A DNA stretch of 64,000 nt, from assembly GCA_965216815.1 (NCBI GenBank), contig OZ244202.1:145694-209693 (forward strand), given 5' to 3'. This DNA is from Acidimicrobiales bacterium. GTDB lineage: Bacteria; Actinomycetota; Acidimicrobiia; Acidimicrobiales; SHLQ01. The notes under the pieces are model-generated. The model saw nothing but the letters and a program-made list of their open reading frames with translations, did no database searches and was not told the DNA's origin. A program made the position numbers and the translations under genes. Positions 8,932 through 18,936 of the stretch are shown here, one piece after another. Positions within the stretch are counted from its first letter, which is position 1. Each line of letters begins with the position of its first letter.

Positions 8932-10713
8932 ATGACAACCGATGACCGAGCCAGTCAGGACGCGATCGAGGCGGCCCGAGTCCGCTACGCAGCCGAGCGG
9001 GCGAAGCGCCTGCGATCCGACGGCAACGCCCAGTACCAGGAGTTCACCGGCGACCTCGCCGAATTCGATGCCGACCCGTGGGTCGAGCCGGGCTTCGAGC
9101 GAGAACCGGTCGTCGAGGAGGTCGAGGTCCTCATCGTCGGCGGCGGTTTCGGCGGAATGCTGACAGCGGTCAACCTGACCCGCGAGGGCATACGCGACTT
9201 CCGGATCGTCGAGAAGGCCGGCGATTTCGGCGGCACCTGGTACTGGAACCGCTACCCGGGTTGCATGTGCGATGTCGAGTCGTACACCTACATGCCGCTT
9301 CTCGAAGAAACCGGCTACATGCCGACCGAGAAATACGCGAGCGCCACCGAGATCTTCGAGCACTGCCAACGCATCGGCAAGCAATTCGACCTCTACCCGC
9401 ACGCGCTCTTCCAGACCGAGATGGACACGGCGCACTGGGACGATGACGCACAGCGCTGGTTGGTGAAGACGACCCGCGACGACGAGATCTCGGCTCGATT
9501 TCTCGTCACCGCCGGGGGCATCCTCCACAAGGCGAAGCTCCCCGGAATATCCGGAATCGCCGACTACGAAGGCAAGGCGTTCCACACCGCCCGCTGGGAC
9601 TTCTCCTACACCGGAGGTAGTCCCACCGAACCGATGGACAAACTGTCCGACAAAAGAGTCGGCGTCATCGGCACGGGCGCGACTGCCGTGCAGGTCGTTC
9701 CCCAACTCGCCCGGACCGCGAAGGATGTCTATGTGTTCCAACGCACGCCGTCAGCGGTCGGCGTGCGCAACCAGGGTCCCACCGATGTCGAATGGTTCAA
9801 GAGCCTGAAGCCGGGTTGGCAGGAGAAACGCCTTCGCAACTTCACCCGTGCGGTGACCGGCGAGAAGCCCGAACAAGACCTGGTCGGCGACGGCTGGACC
9901 GACATCTTGTGGGAGAACACCCAAGAGCCGGGCGCGACGCCCGAAGAGCAGGCAGAGCTCGACCGCATCGACTTCGAGGTCATGGAGGGGTTGCGCCGGA
10001 GGGTCGAGGAGATCGTCGAGGATCCCGAGACAGCAGAGAAGCTCAAGCCCTGGTACGGCAAACACTGCAAGCGAGTGTGCTTCCACGACGACTACCTGCC
10101 GGCGTTCAACAAGCCGAACGTGCACCTCGTCGACACCGATGGACGAGGTGTCGAGCAGATCACAAAGGACGGCGTCGTCGTCGACGGCAAGGAGTACCCG
10201 GTCGACCTCCTGGTCTTCGCCTCGGGCTTCGAGGTGACGACAGGGCTGGTGCGACGCCTCGGTTTCGATCCGAAGGGACGTGACGGCGTAGCGCTCAGCG
10301 AACGCTGGTCCGATGGTGCACACACGCTCCACGGCATCCTCACCGCCGAGTTCCCGAACCTCTTGATCATCAGCACGGTCCAGGCCGGGTTCGGCACGAA
10401 CTTCGTGCACTTTCTCGGCGAGTCGGCCAAACACGTGGCCGCGCTCATCAAGACCTGCAACGACGAGGGCATCGCGACGATCGAAGCCACGCCGGAGGCC
10501 GAGGACGCCTGGCTCGACAAGCTCTACGGCCTCGCTGCAGGTTTGGGCAGGTATTCGTCGACCTGCACGCCCGGGTACTACAACAGCGAGGGCAGCTTCA
10601 CACCAGAAGGTGCCCGCAACGTCGTCTACCCAGGCAGCCTGTTGCACTACGCGGAGGAGCTTCAGCGCTGGCGCGAAGCCGGAGACCTCGCCGGGACCCA
10701 CACCACCCGCTGA
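8932..10713 (+). CDS. Baeyer-Villiger monooxygenase (type I flavoprotein monooxygenase)
   Basis: [28 protein letters not shown] fingerprint, GTGATA. Confidence 0.93.
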   Translation: MTTDDRASQDAIEAARVRYAAERAKRLRSDGNAQYQEFTGDLAEFDADPWVEPGFEREPVVEEVEVLIVGGGFGGMLTAVNLTREGIRDFRIVEKAGDFGGTWYWNRYPGCMCDVESYTYMPLLEETGYMPTEKYASATEIFEHCQRIGKQFDLYPHALFQTEMDTAHWDDDAQRWLVKTTRDDEISARFLVTAGGILHKAKLPGISGIADYEGKAFHTARWDFSYTGGSPTEPMDKLSDKRVGVIGTGATAVQVVPQLARTAKDVYVFQRTPSAVGVRNQGPTDVEWFKSLKPGWQEKRLRNFTRAVTGEKPEQDLVGDGWTDILWENTQEPGATPEEQAELDRIDFEVMEGLRRRVEEIVEDPETAEKLKPWYGKHCKRVCFHDDYLPAFNKPNVHLVDTDGRGVEQITKDGVVVDGKEYPVDLLVFASGFEVTTGLVRRLGFDPKGRDGVALSERWSDGAHTLHGILTAEFPNLLIISTVQAGFGTNFVHFLGESAKHVAALIKTCNDEGIATIEATPEAEDAWLDKLYGLAAGLGRYSSTCTPGYYNSEGSFTPEGARNVVYPGSLLHYAEELQRWREAGDLAGTHTTR

Positions 10714-10752
10714 CAGACCCAAAAGATGCTGCAATTTCGGGGCAATGAGGAC

Positions 10753-10774
10753 TGTCACACCCCCTGGTCACACT
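10753..10774 (+). promoter_or_regulatory. Possible PafBC/RecA-NDp-like leaderless promoter
   Basis: TGTCAC-N10-CACACT, 6 nt before ATG 10781; resembles the TGTCGG-N10-TANNNT consensus with mismatches. Confidence 0.4.
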
Positions 10775-10780
10775 GGGGGC

Positions 10781-11188
10781 ATGAAGGTACTTGTAGCGAC
10801 AACAACAGCGCAGGGCATGGTGCCCGGCGACTACAACCACGCGGTCGACGGCGAGCTCGTCTACGTTCCTGAAGCCGACTGTTGCGATCCGTCTTGCGGG
10901 TGCGACAGGGGCTTCGCGGGAGTGGCCAGCGCGCGCGCAACCACCACAGCGATGGTCGTCGATCGGCCCGATCTGACCGAAGACGACGTGTCGATTGCCC
11001 TCATCGACGGGCTTACGCGTCAAGGCTGGCTCGAGGACGGCTGGGGCGAGGTCAACGAGGAGCTGTTCGAGCAGTACTGGGCCATGCTCGAGCTGATCAC
11101 GCTCAACTTTGCACCCGGGACGATCGTCGAACGCTCGGGCAACGAGGTTCGGCAACGACCGATCACCGGGCTGCGCGATGCGGCATGA
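10781..11188 (+). CDS. Conserved actinobacterial hypothetical protein (DUF7715-like, Cys-rich)
   Basis: MKVLVAT..QG..GDY..VDGELV, CCDPSCGCDRGFAG, ATTTAMV pattern. Confidence 0.75.
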   Translation: MKVLVATTTAQGMVPGDYNHAVDGELVYVPEADCCDPSCGCDRGFAGVASARATTTAMVVDRPDLTEDDVSIALIDGLTRQGWLEDGWGEVNEELFEQYWAMLELITLNFAPGTIVERSGNEVRQRPITGLRDAA

Positions 11189-11191
11189 GCC

Positions 11192-12049
11192 TCAGACGCG
11201 AACCGCTTCGTTGCATCCGATCGTCGTGCGGTGCAACAGCCGCTCGTGGCCGTCGTAGCCACCCGTCGCCCGGTGTATCACGCATCGGTTGTCCCACATC
11301 ACCAAACTGTCGGGCTCCCAACGATGCGTGTATCTGAACTCGTCGCGCGTCTGCCACTCGTAGAGCTCGAGGAGCAGCTCGATCGCCTCATCGTCGGCCA
11401 TTCCCACTATGCCGATGATGTAGCCGATCGTTGAGTACAGCGTTGCCTCGCCGGTTTCGGGGTGGGTCCGCACCAGCGGATGGACTTGCGTGGCATAGGC
11501 CTCGTCGCTGATCACGATCTTCATCGCACGATCCGCGCCCTCGTCGGCTTCGCCGTAGAGCCCATCGGGGGCGTAACCCTGCCTGGCGGAGTGAATCGCG
11601 TCGACGCCGTCGATGCGGCTGCACAGCTCGTCTGGCATCGCGGCCAGCGCTGCGACCTGGTTGACGAAGATCGTGTCACCGCCACAAGGCGGGATGACCT
11701 TCGCGTACAAGCAGGTCCCGTCGGGCGGGTGGGCCTGAAAACTCCAGTCGGCGTGCCAGCTCTCCGCGAACACAGGGGCGGTCTCGTCGGCTCTGCGGTG
11801 GATCGCCGCGATATTCGGGTGCCCCTCGATCGACTCGAAAAACGGATCATCGCCGAACGGGCCGAAATACAGAGTGAAGCGTTCGAGCTGGTCGTCGGTC
11901 AGGGCCTGGTCGGGGATTGTGAGAACCCGGTGTTTCAGCCATGTCGCTCGGATCTCGGCGATCTCGTCGTCGCTCAACTCTCGGCGCAGGTCGATGCCGC
12001 GCACGGCTGCACCGCAGCTTTCGCCGCTCGGTGTCACCTCGATCGTCAT
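11192..12049 (-). CDS. TauD/TfdA family Fe(II)/2-oxoglutarate dioxygenase
   Basis: WHADWSF HxD, HPLVRTHPETG, WDNRCVIHRA, LHRTT. Confidence 0.92.
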   Translation of the reverse strand: MTIEVTPSGESCGAAVRGIDLRRELSDDEIAEIRATWLKHRVLTIPDQALTDDQLERFTLYFGPFGDDPFFESIEGHPNIAAIHRRADETAPVFAESWHADWSFQAHPPDGTCLYAKVIPPCGGDTIFVNQVAALAAMPDELCSRIDGVDAIHSARQGYAPDGLYGEADEGADRAMKIVISDEAYATQVHPLVRTHPETGEATLYSTIGYIIGIVGMADDEAIELLLELYEWQTRDEFRYTHRWEPDSLVMWDNRCVIHRATGGYDGHERLLHRTTIGCNEAVRV

Positions 12050-12081
12050 CGGCTCACTGTCGCGGCATCGACCCGGGCGCG

Positions 12082-12687
12082 TCAATCGCTCGACAGGACC
12101 GCCACGAGGAAATCGGAGCCGGATTCATATGGCCTCAGATCCCACGTCGCGAGCTCCACGTCGATCTTCAAACCCCCGGCGCGCGCATCGGCGCGGAAGT
12201 CGTCGAACTCATAGTCTCGGCCGGCCCCGAACCCCACGACGATTCGGCCATCATCTCGCAAGTGCCGTCGAAGGCGTTCGAGTACCACCCGGCGGGTCGA
12301 TGGTCCGAGGAACGGCATGACGTTGCCGGCGGCCACGATCACGTCGAAGCCATCGTCGATGCCCTGTGCCGGGAGGTCGAGCTCGGCGAGATCGCCGACG
12401 AGCCAGGTCGGGCCCGGATGATCCTCGATGGCAGCGGCGATGAGAGCGGCGTCACCGTCGACGCCAACGACCTCGTGACCACACTCGGCGAGAAACGCCC
12501 CGACGCGGCCGGGCCCACAGCCTGCGTCGAGGATGCGGGCTCCGCGTGGTGCCATCGCGTCGACCAACCTGGCCTCGCCGGCCAGGTCGGCACCTTCCGC
12601 CGCCATTTTGCGAAACCGCTCGATGTACCACTGCGAGTGCCCCGGCTTCTCCTCGAGGAGCTTCTGCCAGTTGCTCTTGTTGACCAC
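12082..12687 (-). CDS. Class I SAM-dependent methyltransferase
   Basis: RILDAGCGPGR, GEARLVDAM, AGNVMPFL; GTG at 12687 follows a GAGG RBS. Confidence 0.88.
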   Translation of the reverse strand: MVNKSNWQKLLEEKPGHSQWYIERFRKMAAEGADLAGEARLVDAMAPRGARILDAGCGPGRVGAFLAECGHEVVGVDGDAALIAAAIEDHPGPTWLVGDLAELDLPAQGIDDGFDVIVAAGNVMPFLGPSTRRVVLERLRRHLRDDGRIVVGFGAGRDYEFDDFRADARAGGLKIDVELATWDLRPYESGSDFLVAVLSSD

Positions 12688-12771
12688 GCAACACCTCTGC
12701 CCGTCGGCTGAGCGAGCCAGGCTAGGGCGGTTTCGAGCGGTCGGCGGTTTCGATCGGACTACGGTGCCGCA

Positions 12772-13275
12772 ATGGACCTCAACGCTGACACGATCTTGCA
12801 TTATCTCCGTCACGCCTTCGGTGGGATGGAAGGGGTACTCGAACGGGTCGACGACGACACGGTGAACGCCCGACCAGCCGACTGGGGAACAAACTCGATC
12901 GCGGGGCTCGTCGTTCACTGCTGTGAGCTGACCCCGTCGTGGTTTATGACTCCGGGGCTCGGACGCGAGTCCGAACGCGACCGGGACGCGGAGTTCGAAG
13001 CGACCGCCACGGTCGAAGAGCTACAAGCTCGTATCTCCCAGACCGTCGATCGACTTGCACCCCTCGTCGAGGAGTTCGTGGCGGGACCAACAGCCCTCGA
13101 CCACGAATACCGCGCGTTCCTCCCAGGCGGCGACCGGTCCGATTCGGCGCTGGTCATACACGTGCTCGAGGAGCTGTTCCAGCATCTCGGACACATGGAG
13201 GTGACCGCCGACGCCCTTGCCGGTAACTATGAACGCGGCGGGCGGAGTAGAAGCACGGGTGTGGATTCGACGTAG
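12772..13275 (+). CDS. DinB/DUF664 family protein
   Basis: NSIAGLVVH and HVLEELFQHLGH metal-binding His pattern. Confidence 0.82.
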   Translation: MDLNADTILHYLRHAFGGMEGVLERVDDDTVNARPADWGTNSIAGLVVHCCELTPSWFMTPGLGRESERDRDAEFEATATVEELQARISQTVDRLAPLVEEFVAGPTALDHEYRAFLPGGDRSDSALVIHVLEELFQHLGHMEVTADALAGNYERGGRSRSTGVDST

Positions 13276-14102
13276 CGGCGGTAGTCGGGGTCGTCGCCCC
13301 AGCGCTTCTCGGCGCGCCGTTCGAGCATCGGTACTCCGCTTATCCGCGTGATCAGTACGAACACGAAGACCGGGGAGATCAAAGTCAGCCAGCGCCAGCC
13401 CGACAGCGTCGGTACCGCCATGGCCGCGATGCCGACCCACAGGGCGATCTCTCCGAAGTAGTTCGGATGGCGTGACCAACTCCAGAGGCCGGTGGTGATG
13501 AACCGGCCCTCGTTCTCCGGCTGCAACCGAAACCTCCGCTTCTGGTCGTCGGCGACGACCTCGATTACAAACCCGACGATCCAGATCGTGACCCCGGCGG
13601 CCGCCCACCCGTCGAGGTCGACCGGGTCCTCGGTGGTCATCGCAGCCAAGCCAGCCGCCAACGTCGTGCTCACCCAGAGGCCCTGGAGAACCCAAGTCAT
13701 GAAGAAGCGCGGCCCGTTGGTCTTGATCCGATCGAAACGGCCGTCCTGGCCGTCGCGGACGACCCGGCGGAACAGAAACGTCCCGAGGCGGCCGGCCCAG
13801 ACGAGAACGAGCGCTCCGACGACAGCGGCCCGGGCGTCGACCGGACCACCAGCCACGAGCGCGACGATCACCGAGGTCGCATAGGTCACCGAGCCGGTCA
13901 GGTCGTAGAAGCGCTCGGTCTGCGCCTTGAAGGCCGGCACAAAGGCCGCCGCGTTGATCAGGAACGCCAGCGTGACTACCAGGCCGAACAACGGGACTCC
14001 ACCGACCTCCACGCTGCCCACGGACCCCGCCGCGGCTAGCGCCACCCCGAGCGCGATGGCCACCACGGTCCCCGCGAGGGACACGCGATCGGCTTTGCTC
14101 AC
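13227..14102 (-). CDS. DUF1295 family membrane protein (steroid 5-alpha-reductase-like)
   Basis: FYDLTGS, WAGRLG, DGRFD, ADDQK, TTGLWSWSRHPNYFGE. Confidence 0.9.
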   Translation of the reverse strand: MSKADRVSLAGTVVAIALGVALAAAGSVGSVEVGGVPLFGLVVTLAFLINAAAFVPAFKAQTERFYDLTGSVTYATSVIVALVAGGPVDARAAVVGALVLVWAGRLGTFLFRRVVRDGQDGRFDRIKTNGPRFFMTWVLQGLWVSTTLAAGLAAMTTEDPVDLDGWAAAGVTIWIVGFVIEVVADDQKRRFRLQPENEGRFITTGLWSWSRHPNYFGEIALWVGIAAMAVPTLSGWRWLTLISPVFVFVLITRISGVPMLERRAEKRWGDDPDYRRYVESTPVLLLRPPRS

Positions 14103-14127
14103 CTCGACCCGGCAGCGCCGCTTGCGA

Positions 14128-16761
14128 TCACCGCGGCGCGAACTCGAGCACTTGCTGGAAGGTCGGCCGGTTCGTCGACCGCATCGTGTCCTCGATGAGT
14201 CCGGGCTGGAATGACGTCCGCAAGGTCTCCGATCGCCACTGCGTCGGGTCGTCGCCCTGTTCGACCGCCAGCTTCTGCGCGATCTCCTCGACCACACCCC
14301 ACAGCGACTCCCGACAAGCGTCGATGTCGCCCTCGCCGCAGTATTGGAGGTTGAACGGACCCTCGACGTCATCGCCGAGCAGAGTGCGCAGATCCTTGTC
14401 GACGATGCTGTGGCCGTTGGAGCCACGGAGGCTCCGATCGTCCATGACCTGTTCGGTCAGATCGCCGAAGACAGGTCGGACCACCTCTTCGACCAGCGGA
14501 TCCCACAGCTGCGCGATGATCGCCGGCCCGGCGTGATCGTTCTCACCATCGTCGTCCGCATCGACCTGAGGGGCGGCGTCTTCGAGCCACGAGTCGAGCT
14601 CTTCGACGACGGCTGCCGCCAGGTCGCTGGGCGGCTCCCCACCCTCGAGCACATCGCTGACCACAGGCCAGACCAACGAGTCGATCGCTTGGGTCGCGGC
14701 GCGGTTCATGACCCCGACCACGTCGGCCAGCTCGGCTTCCTCGGGGAACGGCTGGAAGATCTCGACCCGTTGCACCGACCCGTACGACTGGTTGTCCCCG
14801 TGCATGAATCCCGGAGCTGCCTGGTTGTTCCAGTTGAGCAGCTGACCATCGGGGTGACCGATGGCGTGCGGGTGCTCGTCTTGTTCGAGAAAGCCCTGCC
14901 ACTCGTAGTCGCCGGTGCCCAACGTCGGCAGTCGCCGGTCGAGCCCGTCCGCACGCACCGGCAGGTATCCCGACGACAGGAACGCCGTGTCTTCGCGATT
15001 CACATACGACCAGTTGAACGTGAACCCGAACGTGTTCGCGATCTCAAAGAAGTCTTCGGGCGTCTCGGCGTCGCCCTCGGTCATCGACTTGAGTGCCCCG
15101 AGGTTGAGCCCGTCCCGACCAAACGTCGAACGCTGACGCGCCAAGGCCACCGGTTCACCGTCGACGGTGGCGTGGCCGATCACAGGTCCGTGCACCGTCG
15201 TCGGGTAGACGACGGGAGCGCCGTTGAGCGTGCCCGCGTCGAACATCTCGAAGGGCACGCACTCGCCCTCGAACTCGTAGTGATCGGACTCCGCTGTCTG
15301 CGTCGAGCCATCGGGATTGCACAGAACCTCGACGAAGACGTCGCGCACGTCGTGGCCGGCGGAGGTGAGGCTCCAGGCGTAGTCGGTCGTGCGCCCCAAC
15401 AGCACGTACATCGAGAGTCCCGGCACGACCGCGCCCTGCGCTTCGATGCCGGGTGCACTCAGGTGCATCTGCTGGACTATCTCGGGGTAGTAGTAGCCGA
15501 GTTGCGGGCCCATGACAGCGAGCGTGGTCCCGTTGACCGAGTGTTCGCGGTCGACCATCAGCCAGTTCGAAGCCTCCCGGTGTGGCACCGCGCCGGCCGC
15601 CGGATAGTGCACGTCCTGGTCGGTGCTTGCCGCGCCCTCGGTATCGTCGTCACTCCCGCCGTCCCCGTCGGGCGCGGGTTCCTGGACCGGGTCGAGCGAT
15701 GTCACCGAACCGGCGTCGAGCACCACCGAGCCCGTCACCTCGCCGCCGGTCAGGACCGGGTAGTCGAACCGCGTGTCGATCGTGGTCGGAGCCTCCGGGT
15801 CATCGAAGAGCATCACGTCGTCCCACGCTTGGCGACCGGTCTCCTCGCCCAGACCGGCCTCGAGGACCGATAGCAGGTTCGCGTTCTGGGCCTCGGCGCC
15901 GCCGCCGGCCCCGAAGATCGACCCGATGAACGCCGTAACTGCGACGACGTCGTTCACCGTCGCCGGTTCCTGATCGACGTCGTTTTCCTCCCAGTAGGCG
16001 GTCATACCTTCGGCGTAGGCTGTCGCGTCGCTGATGATCTCCTCACCGTCGTCGCCGTAGGTCTCACGGATGAGCTCGACCTGGTCGGTCACGAGTTGTT
16101 CGGTGGCGTCGCTCGGTTCGAACTGCTGACCGCTCGTGACCAAGGCGAATGCGTCGATTCCGGGAATGTCGGCGACGGCGGCGCGAGCCGGTCCGCGACC
16201 GAGCTGTACGAGCAGCGCACGATCTCGGGCGGTGACCCAGCCGGCGCCGTATGCCATGTCTTCGCGCGTCTCGCCGCTGACATGGGGGACACCGAATTCG
16301 TCGTAGAGGATCGTGGTGCCCTCACGCGGCGTCGGCTCCTCGGTCGTCTCACCTACAGGCTCGAAATTCTCGGGCAGGAAGAGGTCTTCGATGTCCTGGT
16401 CGGTGACCTCGTCGCGCAGAGGTGTCAGCCCGTCATAGAGCGGAAGCTGATCGAGCGAATGCTCGTTGGTCGGAATACCGCCGTAGTTGCCAGGCGGCAG
16501 CACGTAATAGGCGCGGTCCTCGGTGATCGCGTCCACAGCACTCGTCGACGACGACTCCGTGACGTCGCCCGCGGTGGTGGTCGTCGAGTCGGCTTCAGCG
16601 GTCGTGGTCGACGCACCGTCGTCATCGGCGTCGTCGTCGCCCGAACACGCCGAAGCGATGAGGGCGAACGCGGCGAGCGCGACGATGAGGCGTCGTGCAA
16701 CTCCCGTTGTGCGCCGGGCGGGAATGCCCGCTGTGTCGGTTTCGGGTGCTTCGCTCTTCAC
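14128..16761 (-). CDS. Penicillin acylase family (Ntn hydrolase) lipoprotein
   Basis: Lipobox IASAC, DEFGVPHVSG, YGAGWVTARDR, A|SNW nucleophile site, GPQLG, NWNN, NRPTFQQ; GGAGA RBS before GTG 16761. Confidence 0.88.
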   Translation of the reverse strand: MKSEAPETDTAGIPARRTTGVARRLIVALAAFALIASACSGDDDADDDGASTTTAEADSTTTTAGDVTESSSTSAVDAITEDRAYYVLPPGNYGGIPTNEHSLDQLPLYDGLTPLRDEVTDQDIEDLFLPENFEPVGETTEEPTPREGTTILYDEFGVPHVSGETREDMAYGAGWVTARDRALLVQLGRGPARAAVADIPGIDAFALVTSGQQFEPSDATEQLVTDQVELIRETYGDDGEEIISDATAYAEGMTAYWEENDVDQEPATVNDVVAVTAFIGSIFGAGGGAEAQNANLLSVLEAGLGEETGRQAWDDVMLFDDPEAPTTIDTRFDYPVLTGGEVTGSVVLDAGSVTSLDPVQEPAPDGDGGSDDDTEGAASTDQDVHYPAAGAVPHREASNWLMVDREHSVNGTTLAVMGPQLGYYYPEIVQQMHLSAPGIEAQGAVVPGLSMYVLLGRTTDYAWSLTSAGHDVRDVFVEVLCNPDGSTQTAESDHYEFEGECVPFEMFDAGTLNGAPVVYPTTVHGPVIGHATVDGEPVALARQRSTFGRDGLNLGALKSMTEGDAETPEDFFEIANTFGFTFNWSYVNREDTAFLSSGYLPVRADGLDRRLPTLGTGDYEWQGFLEQDEHPHAIGHPDGQLLNWNNQAAPGFMHGDNQSYGSVQRVEIFQPFPEEAELADVVGVMNRAATQAIDSLVWPVVSDVLEGGEPPSDLAAAVVEELDSWLEDAAPQVDADDDGENDHAGPAIIAQLWDPLVEEVVRPVFGDLTEQVMDDRSLRGSNGHSIVDKDLRTLLGDDVEGPFNLQYCGEGDIDACRESLWGVVEEIAQKLAVEQGDDPTQWRSETLRTSFQPGLIEDTMRSTNRPTFQQVLEFAPR

Positions 16762-16828
16762 CGGGTCTCCTTGCCGTCGGCCGGCGTCGGGCGACACCGG
16801 ACGGCGAGCCGAACGTTAGTTGCAGTAG

Positions 16829-17503
16829 TCAGTCGATCCCGAACTCCGACGCGATTCGATCGATTCGGCGCTGCTGCTCAGCCATCGTCGCTTCCAGGCT
16901 GGCGACTCGGTCTGCGAGCGAAGGCACAGCTTCCGTTTGAAGCGGCGGTTCGACCTCATGCGCCGGGGCCGGCTGCCGGTCGAACGACTGCGCCGGTTCG
17001 TCCTGTCCGTCCTCGGTCCAAACCTGCACTATGCGGGGTTCGCGCTCGCCGGGTCTGCGTTCGAGTCGCTGGACGAAGGGCTCGGGTCGAGCGGCGAGCC
17101 GGTCGATGGCTCCCTCGACTGCGCTGTCGTCGCCCAAAGGTCCGCTCGCATACCGCTCGGTTCGGGTGACGACCTCGCGAAGAGTCTGCGGCCCGCGCAG
17201 CAACAACACCGAGAGCACCGCGAGCTCGTGGCCGTCGAGGCCGAGAGCCTCGTCGGCGATGTGTTTGTGCTTGCCCACACGGTGTCCGGCACCGGTTACC
17301 GTCCGTGCGAGCCCGAGCTGGCGGAGCTCGAGCATCAGCTCGTCGACCTCTCGCTCCGTGTATTCGACGACCGGGTCGCGGTTGGTGGTCTGGTTGCAGG
17401 CGGCTCTCAGCGCGTTGGTGCTGAGCGGGTAGCTGTCCGGCGTGGTCTCGGCCTTCTCGATGAGACAGGCCAGCACCCGGGCTTGTTTGGCGGTGACGTC
17501 CAC
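16829..17503 (-). CDS. DUF480/YceH family protein
   Basis: RVLACLIEKAETTPDSYPLSTNALRAACNQTTNRDPV and LLLRGPQT. Confidence 0.9.
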   Translation of the reverse strand: MDVTAKQARVLACLIEKAETTPDSYPLSTNALRAACNQTTNRDPVVEYTEREVDELMLELRQLGLARTVTGAGHRVGKHKHIADEALGLDGHELAVLSVLLLRGPQTLREVVTRTERYASGPLGDDSAVEGAIDRLAARPEPFVQRLERRPGEREPRIVQVWTEDGQDEPAQSFDRQPAPAHEVEPPLQTEAVPSLADRVASLEATMAEQQRRIDRIASEFGID

Positions 17504-17566
17504 GCACCTCTCCTACGCCACACCACGAGGCCCCGCAAGTGTCGCTGTACGTTTCGACTCGAAGGA

Positions 17567-17594
17567 CAGCGGTTGGATGTCCGCGCAACCGCTG
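17567..17594. terminator. Hairpin downstream of the ywiC-like gene (possible terminator)
   Basis: Perfect 9-bp arms CAGCGGTTG / CAACCGCTG; no U-tract. Confidence 0.35.
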
Positions 17595-17608
17595 ACCTAC
17601 CTGCTCGC

Positions 17609-18433
17609 TCAGGCGAGGTGCACCGAAGCCGCGGTGACCGCAACGACGAACAGACCGAAAAACATCTGCTGGAATCCGATCACCTTCGCTGGGCGCGGTT
17701 CGGCGCGGACGGCGGCGAGGTTGATCGCACCGACAGCGGCGATCGCGACGACGGGCGCAAACGGGATCGCATCTACCGCCCACGCGATCGCTGCGACGGC
17801 CACTTCCAGCACTTGCGCGGCATCGCTAAGCCAGAGCTGGAAAGGCCGACCGTGCAGGCGCATCAGCTGGGTTCGCACGTACGGGATGGCCGCAGCCGAA
17901 CGGGCGGCGACGACACTCCAGAGCCCCAGGGCGAGCTTCGAGTCGGCACCGTCGATGAGCGCGATCGCTGCCGCCACCGATCCGATGCCGATCGTTCCGG
18001 CGAGTTCCGGAATCAATCGGCGTCCGCGGCTGCGCATGTCGAACCACAGCTCGAGGGCTACGAGCGGAGCCGCGATCGCCAGGGGCACCCAGAAACGTCG
18101 CTCGGCGCCGCTCGCGGCGACGGCGGCCAGAGCAACGATGAGCGCGATCTCGATCAGCGCAACCCACAGCGCCAAGGTCGTCCGCGGCAGCCAACGCTTG
18201 CGCCACACATCGACGAGGAGGAGCTTCACGGGCGTTCGCGCGACGAACGCGAGCATCGCTGCGATGCCGAGTGCGAGGCCCGGCCACGACCAGGCGGACA
18301 GAAGGCCGAGGAGAACCGGTTCGGCGGTGAGACTCCAGCCGCCGTGTTCGGTCGGCACCGCGACCTGCCTCCACATCGGCCTACCCGACACCGCGGAGGC
18401 CGCGGCCGCGCCGCGCGGGTCGATGGTCGTCAC
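17609..18433 (-). CDS. YwiC-like membrane protein
   Basis: VPTEHGGW motif, multiple TM segments, IPYVR; start overlaps the Rrf2 stop. Confidence 0.82.
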   Translation of the reverse strand: MTTIDPRGAAAASAVSGRPMWRQVAVPTEHGGWSLTAEPVLLGLLSAWSWPGLALGIAAMLAFVARTPVKLLLVDVWRKRWLPRTTLALWVALIEIALIVALAAVAASGAERRFWVPLAIAAPLVALELWFDMRSRGRRLIPELAGTIGIGSVAAAIALIDGADSKLALGLWSVVAARSAAAIPYVRTQLMRLHGRPFQLWLSDAAQVLEVAVAAIAWAVDAIPFAPVVAIAAVGAINLAAVRAEPRPAKVIGFQQMFFGLFVVAVTAASVHLA

Positions 18434-18843
18434 GGAGGCCCCTCGGCGAGTGGTGCGTCGGCGATAGACGTGGCGTCGAGCTCAAGTAGCAGCTTCTGTC
18501 TCGCGCGCATCCACGGAACGTGAAGCGCGCAGGTCCCATCGATGTCGCACAGCCGATCGGCCAGGACGCAGAGTCCGGAGTCGGTCGGCCCCTCGATCGC
18601 TTCGATCACCTCGAGCACCGAGACGTCGTCGAGCGAGACCTCGAGCGAGTATCCGCCGCTCGGACCCGGGTCGGACCGCACCCAACCGATGCGGACGAGC
18701 GGGTTGAGAACTTGGGACACGAACCCCGACGACGAGCCGACGGCCGCGGCCAGGTCGGGACCCTTCATCCGCCCGCGGCGAGAGGCAAGCACTCGCATTG
18801 CGCGGACCGCAAGGTCGCTCTTTCGCGTAACTTCAAGTCGCAC
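18430..18843 (-). CDS. Rrf2 family transcriptional regulator with three Cys (probable Fe-S sensor)
   Basis: VRSDPGPSGGY, LEVIEAIEG, C-x6-C-x5-C-x2-H; TATTCT 6 nt before GTG 18843. Confidence 0.9.
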   Translation of the reverse strand: MRLEVTRKSDLAVRAMRVLASRRGRMKGPDLAAAVGSSSGFVSQVLNPLVRIGWVRSDPGPSGGYSLEVSLDDVSVLEVIEAIEGPTDSGLCVLADRLCDIDGTCALHVPWMRARQKLLLELDATSIADAPLAEGPP

Positions 18844-18936
18844 AGTGAAAGAATAGCGACGACAGGTCCGGCCCACTAGCCGACCCACCTCGGTCCGTGT
18901 CCACGACCAACCCCAGGGTGTTGGTCGCGAAGTACG

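Noticed and set aside
8764..9741. N-terminal extension of the 696-aa minus-strand ORF
   Set aside because: Mostly antisense to the BVMO gene; recognisable protein features begin only at ATG 8763.
13227..13275. 49-bp convergent overlap of the DinB and DUF1295 genes as a regulatory device
   Set aside because: Short 3' overlaps are common in compact high-GC genomes and nothing else supports a function.
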